Of a DNA stretch of 64,000 nucleotides, positions 51,119 through 64,000 are shown in pieces (position 1 is the stretch's first letter; the number at the start of each line of letters is the position of its first letter). The notes under the pieces are model-generated. The model was not told the origin of the DNA, ran no database searches, and was given only the letters and a program-made list of their open reading frames with translations. This stretch comes from Paraspadella gotoi (Eukaryota; Animalia; Chaetognatha), in NCBI GenBank assembly GCA_051294375.1, contig CM119269.1, positions 11,080,883-11,144,882 of the forward strand. The letters run 5' to 3'. The translations under genes and the position numbers were made by a program.

Positions 51119-52451
51119 TTCGTTTTATTTATAAATCTTAATATAAAATTATATTACTGCGCAAAAAAAGTGTGTATAAATGCGCAAACTGAAACTCGAC
51201 ACTAGAGGGAAAACAAAATATAATGGATTAACAAACCACCGACCGTTGGTAGCTCAGGTTGGTTGTGGACGTCGAATAGTAAAGTTACCCCTTATACCTT
51301 ATCTTTGGGTTGATACTGTAAGTTGGGTCTATATTGGAACCTAATTATCTTTCAAAGTTTGTAAAGACTCCATGATTTTTATCGAGACAGACCGGGCGAA
51401 GCCGGTCCTGTCTCTAATAATAATTCGCTTTGGCTCTTTGTGCCGTAGTCGTCGTCGTCGTCGTCGTCCGTCGTCTGCGTCACGCTTTTTTGCAATCATG
51501 GCTTCTAAAAGTGTGATATATAGGGAATTGAAAATTATATATGGCTTCTAATCATCAAGAATCTTTAAAATTCCCATGTTTCATATCAATATTCTCATTT
51601 GTTTGTTTTATTTACAAAACAAAAACTTTTAATTATATGTCTCTTTCCTCTCTCTTTTCTTTTAATTATATGTCGCTCTCTCTTTCTCTTCTTTTTTTCT
51701 CAATCACTGCTTCTTCTGATTTGTCTAAAAACGAGTTCTGGCTCTGCAGCGTCGTCCAGCTTCTTCTCTCTCTCTCTCTCTCTTCTCTCTTTTTTTTAAC
51801 AAAAAAAATTATATTTATATATATATATATATTTGTGGGCTAACCAATATTGAAGACGATGCCGTTAAGGGGTGAACTTAGGCAAAATTGTTTTCTTAAA
51901 TAGGTAATAGGCAATTTTTTGGTTTACCTAGTAGTTAACTGAATATAAATAGGCAATTTTAATTGTGGAAATGAGCTTTAAAAATAAGATATAACTGACA
52001 AATTTATGATCTAATTTGCTAAGATTTAAAAGGGAAATATTTTTTCAATAATTTAAAACCAAATAATATTCAATTAAATTAAAATTAAAAAAATTACAAA
52101 ATAGGATATTTTTTGGTATTAATTTTTAAACAAAATCTTTATCAAATATAAAACTTTAATTTGCTCAACATTGAAATTCAATTGGTTTTAGCCCAAATAT
52201 TTTTAGAATATTTTCAATGAAAGACAAAATAATTTTGTAAAATAAAATTAATAGCTAAAATATTTATTCAGATTTAACCAAGTTTGGTGACAGGGGTTGG
52301 AGTCCATTATATAATTGTTTTTTAATTAAGATAAACATTTTTTCTGAATGTTCAAAGATGTCATTTTTTATTTTGAGTTAAAATCTTTGTTAATGATAAA
52401 AAAATAGAAGGAAAACTTTTTTGATTTTTAGAGAAAAAAATTTAAACACAA

Positions 52452-52567
52452 TGTTTTTATTATGATTAAACATACATGTTTCGATTTAATTTGCAAGTTT
52501 TTATCAGTGCTAATTTAGTTTTGATATACATAATTTTTTGTTTCACAAGTAAACAGTGAAAGGGATG

Positions 52568-52599
<32 letters not shown>

Positions 52600-53056
52600 T
52601 AAATGTTTCCAACAAAGAATTAAAAAAATGACAGTGGTCAGCTTTGAGGATAAGGAAAGTTTGAGCAGAGAGAAAGAAGGTGGTGAGGAAAAGAAATTGA
52701 AATTTGGCAGAGAAAAGAAAGATGAATAATGTATAAGATGTATAAGATGTATAATGTATTGATCTAATTGTTGACCTCTGCATCTCTCTCTCTCTCTGCC
52801 AAATTTTAATTTCTTTTCCTCACCACCTTCTCTCTCTCTCTGCTCTCAACTTACCCTATCCTCAAAACTGACCACTGTCCTTTTTTTATTTCTTTGTTAA
52901 AAACATTTATTTCTCTCTCTTCTCTCTCTCTTTCCCTCCATATCCTTCTCACTGTTTACTTGTGAAACAAAAAATTATGTATTATCAAAATTAAATAAGC
53001 ACTGATGAAGATTTGCAAATTAAGTCGAAATATGTATGTTTAATCATAATAAAAGT
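52452..53056. mobile_element. Inverted pair of Penelope-like pseudo-LTRs
   Basis: ~52452-52715 is the reverse complement of ~52790-53056; each arm ends in a hammerhead motif. Confidence 0.7.
52997..53041 (+). ncRNA. Minimal type I hammerhead ribozyme
   Basis: AAGCA CUGAUGA A GAUUU gcaaauu AAGUC GAAA UAUG UA/UGUUU. Stem I and stem II pair; stem III is very short; GUA cut site after 53036. A mutated inverted copy lies at ~52468-52512. Confidence 0.75.
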
Positions 53057-54092
53057 CGTTGTTGTTAAAGAAATTCTTTTTCTCTCCAAATCTTAAAAAA
53101 CACAACGAAAGAAAGAAACAACACAATATTTGAAAATTATATCCATAGGATATTTACTTTCTATATTGAGCTCGAATTTTTTAATTTAATCAGCTTGGGA
53201 GGTATTGAGTAATCATATCATATTCTGCAAATAATTCTAGTAAGCTTTGCCATTTTTAAAATAGATACAAAATATTTTTGGGCGACTTGAGTCTTGGCTA
53301 CATTGTTACATCATCTTTGATCGAGGTTTTAATCTTGTCAATCATATCAGGATACAACTGAATTACGTACATTGCAAATCTCTTTAAATGTATGCATCCT
53401 CATTGTTTATTATAAATTTTTTTACTATCTGTTAATAATGAATTAATTATTATATCAATGAATTTAATAATAATTTATAATAATAATATAATAATTTTTA
53501 AATAATTTTATTGCTTCTGGTTCTGGTAGTAGCCAAGTAGATTACAGACTTAATGCCATGCTACTATTGATAATCATATTTCATACCATCTGGGAAAAGT
53601 ATTTTTGGGCTTAAAATATAGTAATAACAAATTGAAATTTAGTTGATAACGAAATTAAAACAATAAAAGAAAATATATTGTTTATTTATCTTTAAAAATA
53701 AATATGAGCAAAATATTTGATTCACAAATTGCCTATATTAATTAAGAAAAATCATTTCTTTACCTAGGCAATTCAGAAAACCTTTGCTCAGTTAATCAGG
53801 CAAATATTACCTAAGTTCACCCCATAGATTGCGGTCAGCAGTTCACCATTCATTCTCGCTTTTTCTTTTTTTCCACTTTTCTTGTATGAATACAAGGGCG
53901 CGAACCGCAAGTCCTTCAGATGGGGAGGAGTTCGCACTACCCGTACGGGCGCCATAGGTACTTACTTATTAAGTAAGAGTAGAAGGGCTGTTGAGGCTTT
54001 TCTCTCTCTGATTCCAGCGGCTGGTCAGGCTTCTCTCTATCTCTCTTTTAATTATATGTCGCTCTCCTCTTTCTCTTTTTTTTTTCTTTCTG

Positions 54093-54482
54093 AATAGGGG
54101 AAGCCCCTCTCAATGGGTGAATCAAAAATTTAGTATGGGAAACATGGCTCAAACGAAAATTTATGCATTTTAAGTATAATTTCAATGTACAAAAAATTTC
54201 TTATATGGCTCTAATAACCCACAAATTTATTTTTTAAATATTTATTTATAGAAAGGAAAAGAGTTTGGCCCTACTCAGATTCGTCGAAAAAACGAGTTCA
54301 GCTCTGCAGCAGCGGTCCAGCAGCTGTCCAGCTTCTCTCTATCTCTCTCTCTCTCTCACTCTTTCTCTCTCTCTCTCACTCTGATTATTTTTTCTTCTGA
54401 ATAGGGGAAGCCCCTCTCAAAGGGGTGAGCCAAAAATTTAGTTTGGGAACATGCTCAAACGAAAATTTATACATTTTTAATT
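54093..54482. repeat. ~310-bp dispersed/tandem repeat, interrupted by the Penelope-like insertion
   Basis: ATAGGGGAAGCCCCTCTCAA..CATGCTCAAACGAAAATTT at 54093 and 54401, resuming at ~56913-57120; related pieces at 28733-28835 and 51720-51770. Confidence 0.75.
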
Positions 54483-54660
54483 GTGGTATAATCCTTTCTT
54501 TCGTTGTGTAATAATTATTAGAAAAGTTTGGAATGAATTTCAACAACGATTTTTTTTAGTAAAAAACGGAACATGTTTCGGCTTAAACTACAGCCTTCAT
54601 CAGCATTAAAAAAGTAGTGAATTTGAAACAAATTCTGTGCATAAAAAAGAGTGAGAGGAG

Positions 54661-54695
<35 letters not shown>

Positions 54696-56912
54696 AGAGG
54701 GCAAAGTTTCCAACCACGAAGTCTGAGAAGGTGGATGTGGTCAATTGTGAGGACAGATTTAAGGTGAAACAAATAGAGCCAGTTTGTGAAGAAGAAATTG
54801 AAAATGGTTGGAGAGGAGAGAGAGAGAAGGAATCGAGAGAGAGAGTGAGAGAAACTTGAAAATCAAATACATGTGTGGCAATGTACAACAAAGATGATAA
54901 ATTGTCATTGTTTAAACTTAATGATCAGTGTTAAACAATTAGCTACTGTGAATAAATAAGTTAGTGAAGATGAAATTGTGAGGCATCAGTGGACAATGTG
55001 AGAGAAGCAGGAGAATGGGTCAATTCCAATGCTCGAGTGTGCTTATGAAAGCGTAAAGAGGGCGGCTCATTGGACAATTTTCAGTATATCGCAAACCGAC
55101 GCACACAGATCAGTACTTCCCTTTGACGTCTCATGGCGCCTTTTATCTCACAAGCTCGCCACGGGTCCGGTTCCTTAACCAGAAAGGGCGCATTGTTCCG
55201 TCGCCCCGAGCCGTTCATGAGCCTTGCCGGAGCTTGAGAGCACGTCAAAAGAGTTCCTTGGGCCGAGATCAGCAGTGGTTCCTTCATTGCTGGGCTGTTC
55301 CGAGGCTAGGTACCCCGGGCCGTTCTGTTCGTATGGGCAGACTGAACGACCACGACGTCCGGGTTGGTCCAAATGCTTTGCCTCGCTGAGTATGGCCTCG
55401 AGTGAATGTTTCTCGCGCTCCATCCCCAGGGAGGGCAAAAGGGAGCTTGCTGCTGAAGAGCCTAACCAGCGCCACCACGCGCAAATGGAACTAGAGCAGA
55501 AGCGGCCCTAAAGAACCGTGGGACCACTTAGTCTCCCCTACCACCAGGGGATCACTGAGTCATTGGTGGGCGCGGTGGCTGGCAAAGCAGGGGATCTACC
55601 TCAGTGACGGCCGCGGTCTATAGCGTGAGCTATTGGTGAAACCGAAAGATAAAATCCCCAGACCGAAAACATCAGGAGGCCCGTCTATTGGGCGGCCTGT
55701 GCAGGGGCGGGCAACCAGGCCTGTACAGCGCATACGTGGCGAGACAGGCAAATCTCTGACGGATCGATTTCAGCAGCACGACGAAACCAATATCGTGATG
55801 CCCGCGGTCATTACTTGTCAGCTGTAGCCGAGCATACCGGTAAATACCTGGCCAATGTATTCTAGAGAAAAGACTGTCTCGTGCTGTCCGCATGACCCGA
55901 ACTGGTTTCAAAGAGGTATTCGAGCGAGGAAATACTCAAAGCCTCTGAGCCTCTTGATCGTGATGGAGGACGATTCGACTCCCTCCAAGCTATGATTCGC
56001 TTATCAAGCGTGGTAGGAGGCCCCGTCTCACAACGTCCGCACAATGATCCCCTGTCTCCACTCAACGGACAGGCAGGAATCCCTTGCGCAGGCAAATGGC
56101 AGACATGCGTTCCTTCACCTGTAGCAACTCATTCCCTTTTCTCGTGTGAGTGAGCGCGCCCAAAAGCGACGGCTGCAGGAGGAAGGAGAGTCCACCACTC
56201 TGTCGCAAGGCGGCAAGAATGGAAAGCCGCCACCTCGTCGCAGGCGCAGAGAGAGGCAGTCGGCAGGCGTACCAGGGCCAGAGAGACATCAGAGTAGCCT
56301 TGGGTATCTTCCGCAAGGAAGCTCCCTAACGCCGCACACATACGGCTCAACATTTTGTCCTCACAGCACTGACACGTCAATGACGCCGAACCACATCGAT
56401 CAGGCCTTTCATTTGCACAACAAAGGGGGCCAGCTCACTTTGAGCTCTTATCTTCAACTCTTATTACTTCACTATAATAATAATTGCTTAAGTATCCTCA
56501 CCTCTACTTTCCTTCACAAATTTCCAAATTTCACAATTTCATCTCACTAAACTTATTTATTCCAGCAGTAGTTAATTGTTAACAACTGATCAATTAAGTT
56601 TTTAACAATATTTATCTTGTTGTACATTGCACAATGTTATTATTTTTTTAAGTTCTCACTCTCTCATCTCTCCTTCTCTCTCTCTCTCTCTCACCATTTA
56701 TTTCTTTTCCACAATGGCTCTATTTGTTTCAGCTGAATCTGTCTCACAATTGACCACTATCCCTTCTCAACTCTGTGTTGGAAACTTTGCCCTCTCTCTC
56801 TCTCTCTCACTCTTCTCTCTCTCTACTCTCTTCTTATCACATATTTTTTATTCTCTTTGTTAATGGCTGAGAAGCTTGATAAGGCGGGACATGCCGTTTT
56901 TAACTAAAAATA
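54483..56912 (+). mobile_element. Decayed, 5'-truncated Penelope-like retroelement with inverted terminal repeat
   Basis: Frameshifted remnants VYRKPTHTDQY (55085), LPYHQGITESL, LVKPKDKI and GIY-YIG-like GETGKSLTDRFQQH. ~54560-54985 is an inverted copy of ~56530-56900; ~40 bp of target sequence is repeated on both sides. Confidence 0.85.
54565..54607 (-). ncRNA. Minimal hammerhead ribozyme in the Penelope-like terminal repeat
   Basis: Minus strand AAUG CUGAUGA A GGCU guaguuua AGCC GAAA CAUG UU CCGUU with palindromic stem III; an eroded copy lies on + at ~56862-56898. Confidence 0.65.
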
Positions 56913-57229
56913 AGTTGGGAACATGCCTCAAAACGAAAAACTTTATAACATTTTTAATTATACTTTCAATGTACAAAAAATTTCTCTAAATGACTCTATA
57001 CCCAAGTATATTAATTTTTAAATATCTATTTATAGAAGGAAAGGAGTTCAACTATTCAGATTCGTCTAAAAACGATTCAGCTCTGAAGCGGCTGCCAGCG
57101 GCTGTCCAGCTTCTTCCTCTCTCTCTCTGTGCGCTCTCTCTGTGTCTCTTCTCTTTGTCTCTCTCTCTTGTCTCTCTCTCTCTGTCTCTCTCTCGTCTCT
57201 CTCTGTACGATCTCTTGCGTGATCGTGCG

Positions 57230-57780
57230 TTTTTCGAAAAATTCTGATATTTTTTCTCTCTTCTAAAACTTTTTATTACGCCATTTTATTCCACGCTTTT
57301 TCTCAATACAAAATCCCAAATTTACATCCGATTTTTTGTGATTTATTTTACGGCTCTGAGATTTAGTCAGAATATGATTTTGTTTGGAAACAAAGTTCGT
57401 AACTAGCTCTCTCTCTCCTCTCTTTCTCTCTCTCTCTCATCATACACGCGTTTGTTTGTTTTATTTACGATGAATGACTCATCGCGTCAATGAATGACTA
57501 TCATCGCATCAGTGAATAAAATATTATCGCAACAAATCTTGCATCAATTTTGTGGTTACCATCGCATCAATTATTGGTTATCATCGCATTAATAAATTAC
57601 TATTACATCAATCAATTACAATTACATAAATCAATCAATTACTATTACATCAATCAATCAATTACTATTATATCAATCAGTCAATCAATCACTATGGTTA
57701 TCATCACATTTATGAATGATTATCATAACGTCAATGAATGCTTATCATCATATCAGTGTATAATTATCATCGTACCATAG
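57230..57780. repeat. Dispersed repeat with an ATCATCGCATCAAT-type minisatellite
   Basis: 57230-57375 recurs directly at 62532-62680 and inverted at ~63590-63690; the minisatellite part recurs inverted at ~63205-63470. Confidence 0.75.
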
Positions 57781-58139
57781 TCGAGGCGAAACTAGCTCGC
57801 CACTTCTCTTCTAATAATCTTCTCTCAAAAATAAAAAACAATTTCTATATTTTTTTGCCGGTTCATGGTTTAACTATCAAACAATGTTTCTAGTTATCAA
57901 GTTCTATTAGTGAGGCAGTGAAATGTGTATTTATTTTCTTTTTTATATCGATTCAAGTATTTTTTGTTTGAATTTCCACATCATTATGATTTACTGCAAT
58001 ATGCAAATTAGATTATAGTACTTTTTCATTAATTTTCTTTGATAGTAAGGTCTGTCGAGATCGTTATACTTTTAAGATTTTTTTTTTTTAATTGATTCAA
58101 ATGGCCGTACTCTGATTATAATTCTTCTTTCCCCACCAG

Positions 58140-58656
58140 ATGTCGTTGAAGTTCGACGTCGTCGACGCCAACAACAACAAGGATGTTGATAAAGACGCCG
58201 CGGCGACGTTTCACGGCGTCGGTGAAGACGAGGTCGACGTCTTCAGCGTCGACGACGGCGTTATTTCCAAAGATGGCGTCGTTAATTTCGTCAGAAACTA
58301 CGCGGACAAGCTCAGCTACCGGTATAAAGTACTATATAAAGTACAGAAATAACAATTAGAATAAAAGTAATGATAATTATGAAGTCGAGTATGAATTTAC
58401 TTTTTTATATACCAACTTTCAAGCTCTTTTCTCATTCCCCTATTTTTTCTCTCACTCCGTCTCCTTCTTCCCATGTTTCTCCGCCTTTCATTCTCTCTCT
58501 CCATCTCTTCTCCCACTTCCTCTCCCAAGAGTCGAGATGAAGGGGCAAGTCAAGAACATGTTTTTATCGGGCACGTTTTCCTTCGAAGACTCGAAAAAGG
58601 AATCCGGATTTTGGATCGCCTGGCCTCTGCGAGTTTATTGGAAATATAGATTTTGA
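58140..58656 (+). CDS. Two exons encoding a beta-rich domain, probably the C-terminus of the TIR gene
   Basis: MSLKFD..TFHGVGEDEVDVFSVDDGVISKDGVVNFVRNYADKLSYR|VEMKGQVKNMFLSGTFSF..SGFWIAWP; AG acceptor at 58138-58139; phase-compatible with the exon ending at 49246. Confidence 0.55.
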
Positions 58657-59299
58657 CGTGACCGTGACCGTGACCTCGACTCATGTTCGGTTTGTTAATT
58701 CGTGAATATTTGTACAATTTTGAGAATCTCTTTCAGGAGGTTGGAGGTTGGAGGTGAGGGAGTCAGCAAGACCATTTAGTATCTCTCAAGTACCCGGGCT
58801 TTAAGTTTTTCTTTTTTTCTTTTTTCCCCCGCTATCTAGTCAGTATTTTCCTTATTGAAACATTTTATTGAAAGCTTTTTTTTATCTCTCCTCATCAGGA
58901 AAATATAAAAAAAATAGCTGTTTCTCAAGTCGGTATGAAGAAATCTTAAACAACTTTGTTGCGCTTTCTTTTTTTTAAAAGCGAATTTGGGTTAATTGAT
59001 GAATGGGCTAGTTTTAGATGTGTTGATTTTTACCAAATTAACGGGGATTATACGCATAATGTTAATAGATATATTAATCTGCGCTAAACTGATAACTAAT
59101 AAAAAAAAATCATATCGCATTACATTTAACGTTATTTTCTGACGATCGAGTTGGCTTTATGAACGACGTAAGTATCTAATTTCATTTTTACGAGCTACAT
59201 AATTAGTATTTATTAAACTTAATTTAAGTTGAGTTATATATGTAAGACGAAATCGTGTATTTATAAATAAACATTACTAAGCAATTACTACGAATTCAC

Positions 59300-59363
<64 letters not shown>

Positions 59364-60023
59364 AAGAGCGAGAGAGAGATAAATGATAAATGATACAACA
59401 ACGGACCTGAGCTCGCTATTAAGCGGCTTATAGAGTCTTTCTTTAACGTAAAAACAAAATTTAAAATCGTATGTACTTGGTAATGTTCCTTTAAAACATT
59501 TGAACCTTTTGATCCCGAACTCCACAAGACACAACGAAACGCGAGAGAGAGAGAGAGATGTAGAACCGTATATATCACAATTAGCAATGAACATAGACAA
59601 GGAAGTAGCGTAAGAACCAAACGACTAATAAAAAAACAGCGATAAAAAATGATTAAAACATTCTTTGAAATAATATACCACTTCATTGATAGGGAAGCCA
59701 GGTACTCTGGGAGTGAATAAACGAGACTGTGAGAGTCTTGATTGAAAGCAGGGACCTGATATGTCATTATCTTGTAAGAGTGTCGAAGGCCTAAAACCCC
59801 CAAAACCTGTCCAAAGTCAGGGGCAAGATAGCTTATTTATTAAATGAATGGATAATTCTTATATTGGTTTTACCAATTTCATCGGTATATTGATTCTCAT
59901 CAACTTCGTCGTCGCCAAAGCTTAAGTTCAACGATTAAGAAATGGGCCGAGTCCGGGGGTAAGCCGGATGATGGATCACGTGGTACAGTAGGTTACGAAA
60001 ATGAAAGCAAATTCTGTCTGAGA

Positions 60024-61617
60024 TCATCCAAAGGTTTCTTGGGCTCGCTCGTCTTCCCGACTGGAGACGCGCTTCTCGTTGACCCAATTGTGAAGTCGAT
60101 GGAGAAACAAGGAGTAAAGAGCCTTTCGGAACTCTCGACTGGAAAGGAAAATCAGTGGGTTATCTTTCTCTCTCCTTGTCCCTCATCGGTCTGTCTTTAG
60201 CTCCGTATCTATCAGTCTCTGTATTAAACTCTACGAAGCAAAACACAATTTGCTTTCCAGTTTTTTTTTCACCTGCAAGCGCAATAAATGAAAAAGTTTC
60301 CACTGAAGTTTGCGGCTTTCATCAATTGCGCGACGGCCGTGAAGAGCGCCAAGTAGATGATGTAGTCGTGGTCGCTCAAACGATGGAGGAAAAATTCGAC
60401 GCTTGAAGGAGTTTCCAGAATGAAAAACATCAAAACGACACCTGAACAGATTTAAGGGACTATGTTTTCATCAATCCTTCTCGACGACAGAGTCCAAGAC
60501 GAGGCGCCATAAGACCCCGTGCAGCCTCACCCAACAACTCGGCGACGTAAGCCTTGCTCCTCCGATTCTCGATCGATCGGTTCTTCGATTGCGTCTTCAC
60601 GTTGTTGTGCGACTTGCGGAGGTGACAAAGAACGCGGATGTTAAAGATGCCAATCGCGAGCGTCACGAGGAGCTGAGAATGACGAAGTAAATGTATTCAA
60701 GTGCGTTGTATCGTATTATATGTACAAAAACATCTTTTTTTTCGGATACGAATCTCAACATTTCATAGAAAATTACATAAATAGTATAATATATGTATGG
60801 CTTGATATTTATAAGAATCAGAAGAAAGTCAGAAGAGCGGATATAATCGAGCGAGTTAATCAATTTATTTATGTAGTTATCTCATGCACGGAAAGTGAAA
60901 ATATAATAATAATAACGAATTGTTTTTTTCATTATGGAGAGGAAGTGCGAATACAAAAAATGACTCATAAAAATGAATTCAAAATATTTGGCAAAAAATA
61001 TCATATTTTTCTATTCGCATTGATTCTCCATAATGAAAATACAATTCGTTATTATTAATCTTTTTTTTTTTTTTTTTGCGCTATTCCTTGCGTTCAAAAG
61101 CAAATGTTGTCCCTTTTTGATCTGAATCGCAGAGTTAAATCACCTTGAAGATGCCGACGGACACGATCCACGTGTACCAGAGGTGCAGCGCCGTGAAGGC
61201 GAATTCAGAGTCGGTGTCGCCTGAAAGGAAAAAGAGTAAAAGTCGAAATAAGTAAGGGTCAAGGAACCTAATAACACTTTAAACGTCTACTTATCACTCA
61301 CTCTAGATTACAACTTTTGAATCATAAATGAAGTCGACTACCGGATTACACAATCTTCGCAATTTCTCTACTCCTTTACCTCTGCGCCAACTGGCATAAG
61401 GCGCAACTGTTTACTAAGAGTTTAAGTTAAAATTAACTGGATCAATTTCCTTACCACATAACGATTAACATTAATTCGAGTTTGTTTTTATCACAAATCA
61501 CGCGTACTCACCGTTGTGCGCGGATTCGGCGCCTTCGAAGAATTTTGGTAAGTTAAAGACGAGCGAGAGGAATCCAGCGGCGACAACGACGAATTTCGTA
61601 CGACGCTCGTTGAGGAA
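60024..61617 (-). CDS. Second rhodopsin-family peptide GPCR, exons for TM4-TM7 and C-tail only
   Basis: RRTKFVVVAAGFLSLVFNLPKFFE|..WYTWIVSVGIFK|LLVTLAIGIFNIRVLCHLRK..LL|GVVLMFFILETPS..ANFSGNFFIYCAC|SREFRKAL..*, with GT-AG introns in phase. Confidence 0.82.
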
Positions 61618-63731
61618 CTGAAAATGGATTTCATTGAATGATTAAACAATATTACTTATTATCATTTATTAAGTTAATTATATGTTTTTATCATTGGTAG
61701 AATTATTTGAGGCGACTTACGACCGGTCTCTCTCTCGAAACCCTTCCTCTCTCCTCTTTCTCAGAGCCGGTCGGTGCCCACGGTCACTTTGCCCCAGCTT
61801 TGGAAATGACCTTAGATTGACCGTACATATTATATATTATATCAATATGATCAAAGAGACCGTAAGGTCAAGTTGATCCGGGCGTTGATAAAAGTGGATC
61901 AGGAGAGAGCTCGTCTATTTTCGTCTTCGATTTTTATTAGACCGGTGAATAAGGATTTATCGTTTCCCACTTTGGTTATGAGAATGATTTTTGATTCGTT
62001 TCAGATGGATTTCCACGGGTTCTCATCGGGCTCAACAGTTGTGAGGGATACATAATTAGATATATTATTGGCAACAAAGAGAGATAGAGAGAGATTGAGA
62101 TAGATAGAGAGAGATAGAGAGAGTTAGAGAGAGAGCTGGGGTCAACCCCTCGGCGCCGAAACCGTAAATCGATAAGGAACGTCATTCTTTTTTATCGTTT
62201 TATGGTTATTTATCTATGTGTCTATATCTATATCAACGAGAGAGAGCTTTGTTTCTCTCTTAAACTAAAAATTAAACTACAGCCAACAGCTATTCTAGAA
62301 GAACTTACCCGAATCGCAAAAATTATCATAAATTATATTCAACCGAATCTCGGTCGGTCGGTCATTTTCCTCTCTCCCCTAATCGCCGTTTTCTCTTTTC
62401 CTTCCTCAAACTTGTCCGTAATATTTCGCCGGTTTTATCTCTCAGGTCATCATCAAATTCTATGAGAAGTTTAGGAAAAGATTTTTGATCGTTTTATGCT
62501 TAGCAAGAGAAAGTCGTCAATATTCGGCCAGTTTTTCTAAAAAATTCTGATTATTTTTCTTCTTATTAAAACTTATATTATCTCCATTTATTCTGCGCTT
62601 TTTTCTCAATACAAACTCCCAAAATTTTCATTCGAGATTTTCGTGGATTTATTTTACGGCTCCGAGATTTAGTCAGAATACCTTTTTTCGTTTGAAAAGT
62701 TATTGGATCGCCGGAGTCTCATCAGACTCCCGATTTCGAAGTCGTACGAACCCGCGAGTCAAAAATACTTACTAAAGCGACTAAATCCGCCCGTTCTTGT
62801 CAACAACTTCACTTGTGTATTTTTTTTTTATCACTCATTTCTTTCTCATGTTTTATTCAAATATTCTTACGACGAAAATAATAACAACAAAAACAACAAC
62901 AACTCAGCTGAGAACTTATCACATCGTATCAGTCATCGGAAAGAAAAAGAGTCGGAACGGAGACTTCGAAATTCGATTACATTATAGATGTACCGACGGA
63001 CCGCCCGACGGACAAACGCAAAAGAATCGAGAAGAAAATAGTCGATATCATTCTAAGTGCGTCAATGCCAACCGCTGCGTCCATTAGATATCGCATGTCG
63101 TCCGAAAATAGGAAATAAATAAATTAAAAAAATAAAATAAGGCCTAACGATACATTCTAAAAAAAACTAAATCTTTAAAAGCATAAAGATCGAGCCGCTT
63201 TCGATAGTAACAAATATTGATGCGATGATAAACCAATATTGATTGCGATGATACCAAATATTGACGCGATGATAACCAATAATTGATGCGATGATAACAA
63301 AATGCTGATGTGATGATAATCAAATGATTGATGCGATGATAGTCATTCATTGATATGATGATAATCATTCATTGTACGATGATAGTCATTCATTGATGCG
63401 ATGATAGTTGATTCATGACGCGCTGAATCATTCATCGTAAATAAAAAAACAAACAATGTCGTGTATGAGTGAAAGAAGAGGAGAGAGAGAGAGAGAAGGA
63501 GAAGAGAGAGAGAGAGAGAAGGCTGGACAGTTGTTTCCCGCCAACGAAACGCAATATTAGGTCTCTCTCGTTTATATAAAGAATAATCAGAATTTTTAGA
63601 AAAAAAAATCCACGAAATCTCGGATGTAATTTGTGATTTTGTATTGAGAAAAAAGCGCGGAATAAATGGCGATATAAAATTTTAGAAGGAAAAAAAAAGA
63701 AGAGAGAGAGAGAGAGAGGAGAGAGAAGAGG

Positions 63732-63765
<34 letters not shown>

Positions 63766-63923
63766 TGAGAGAGAAAGAGGGAGGGAGAGTGGAGAGAGAG
63801 GAAGAAGAAGAGTGTTTCCCACCAACGAGACGCATTATTAGGTCACTCTCTTTATCTGGTTATCCGTTGCCTCGCCAAAATTGGGTCTATGTTGATTTTT
63901 TATACACGTAACGCGTTATATAG

Positions 63924-63981
63924 GTCATGTTCCTCGACCTTGTTTACTTGTTGTCCGCAACGACCACGAAATCATGGTTAT
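63924..63981 (+). CDS. Isolated candidate exon resembling GPCR TM2
   Basis: TAG|GTC ATG TTC CTC GAC CTT GTT TAC TTG TTG (VMFLDLVYLL)...T|GTAAGT. Confidence 0.35.
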
Positions 63982-64000
63982 GTAAGTTATTGTTATTTTG

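Larger units (their letters stand above)
51869..53823. mobile_element. Non-autonomous DNA transposon containing a nested Penelope-like palindrome
   Basis: TIRs GGGGTGAACTTAGG / CCTAAGTTCACCCC; a similar terminus occurs at ~10878-10891. Confidence 0.65.

Noticed and set aside
60545-60556. Apparent GC donor (AAG|GCTTAC) in the second GPCR
   Set aside because: The frame continues to a canonical GT donor (TTGG|GTGAGG) that gives the right phase.
63205-63430. Regularly spaced ~23-nt repeats as a CRISPR array
   Set aside because: Degenerate minisatellite with no unique spacers, in a eukaryotic context with no cas genes.

Overview
Intron-dense, microsatellite-rich animal (invertebrate-like) genomic DNA, so the ORF track is mostly exon fragments and repeat artefacts. 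Genes reconstructed by hand from exons: the 3' part of an axonemal outer-arm dynein heavy chain (DNAH5/8-like); NOXRED1, which hosts an intronless 23xEGF+vWA secreted-protein gene antisense in one intron; TPPP/p25; two rhodopsin-type peptide GPCRs; a TIR-domain gene; and an unidentified multi-exon gene. The most notable signal is non-coding. Several short SINE-like elements carry circularly permuted (type-P5) twister ribozymes: three near-complete copies whose pairings covary (two of them directly behind a tRNA-like Pol III head), plus truncated and degenerate copies. P1 is reduced to a short palindrome. The window also holds a decayed Penelope-like retroelement, minimal hammerhead ribozymes, several MITEs and an unusually high proportion of GC-AG introns. 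All calls are by eye; coordinates of repeats are approximate, and some frameshifts may be consensus errors.
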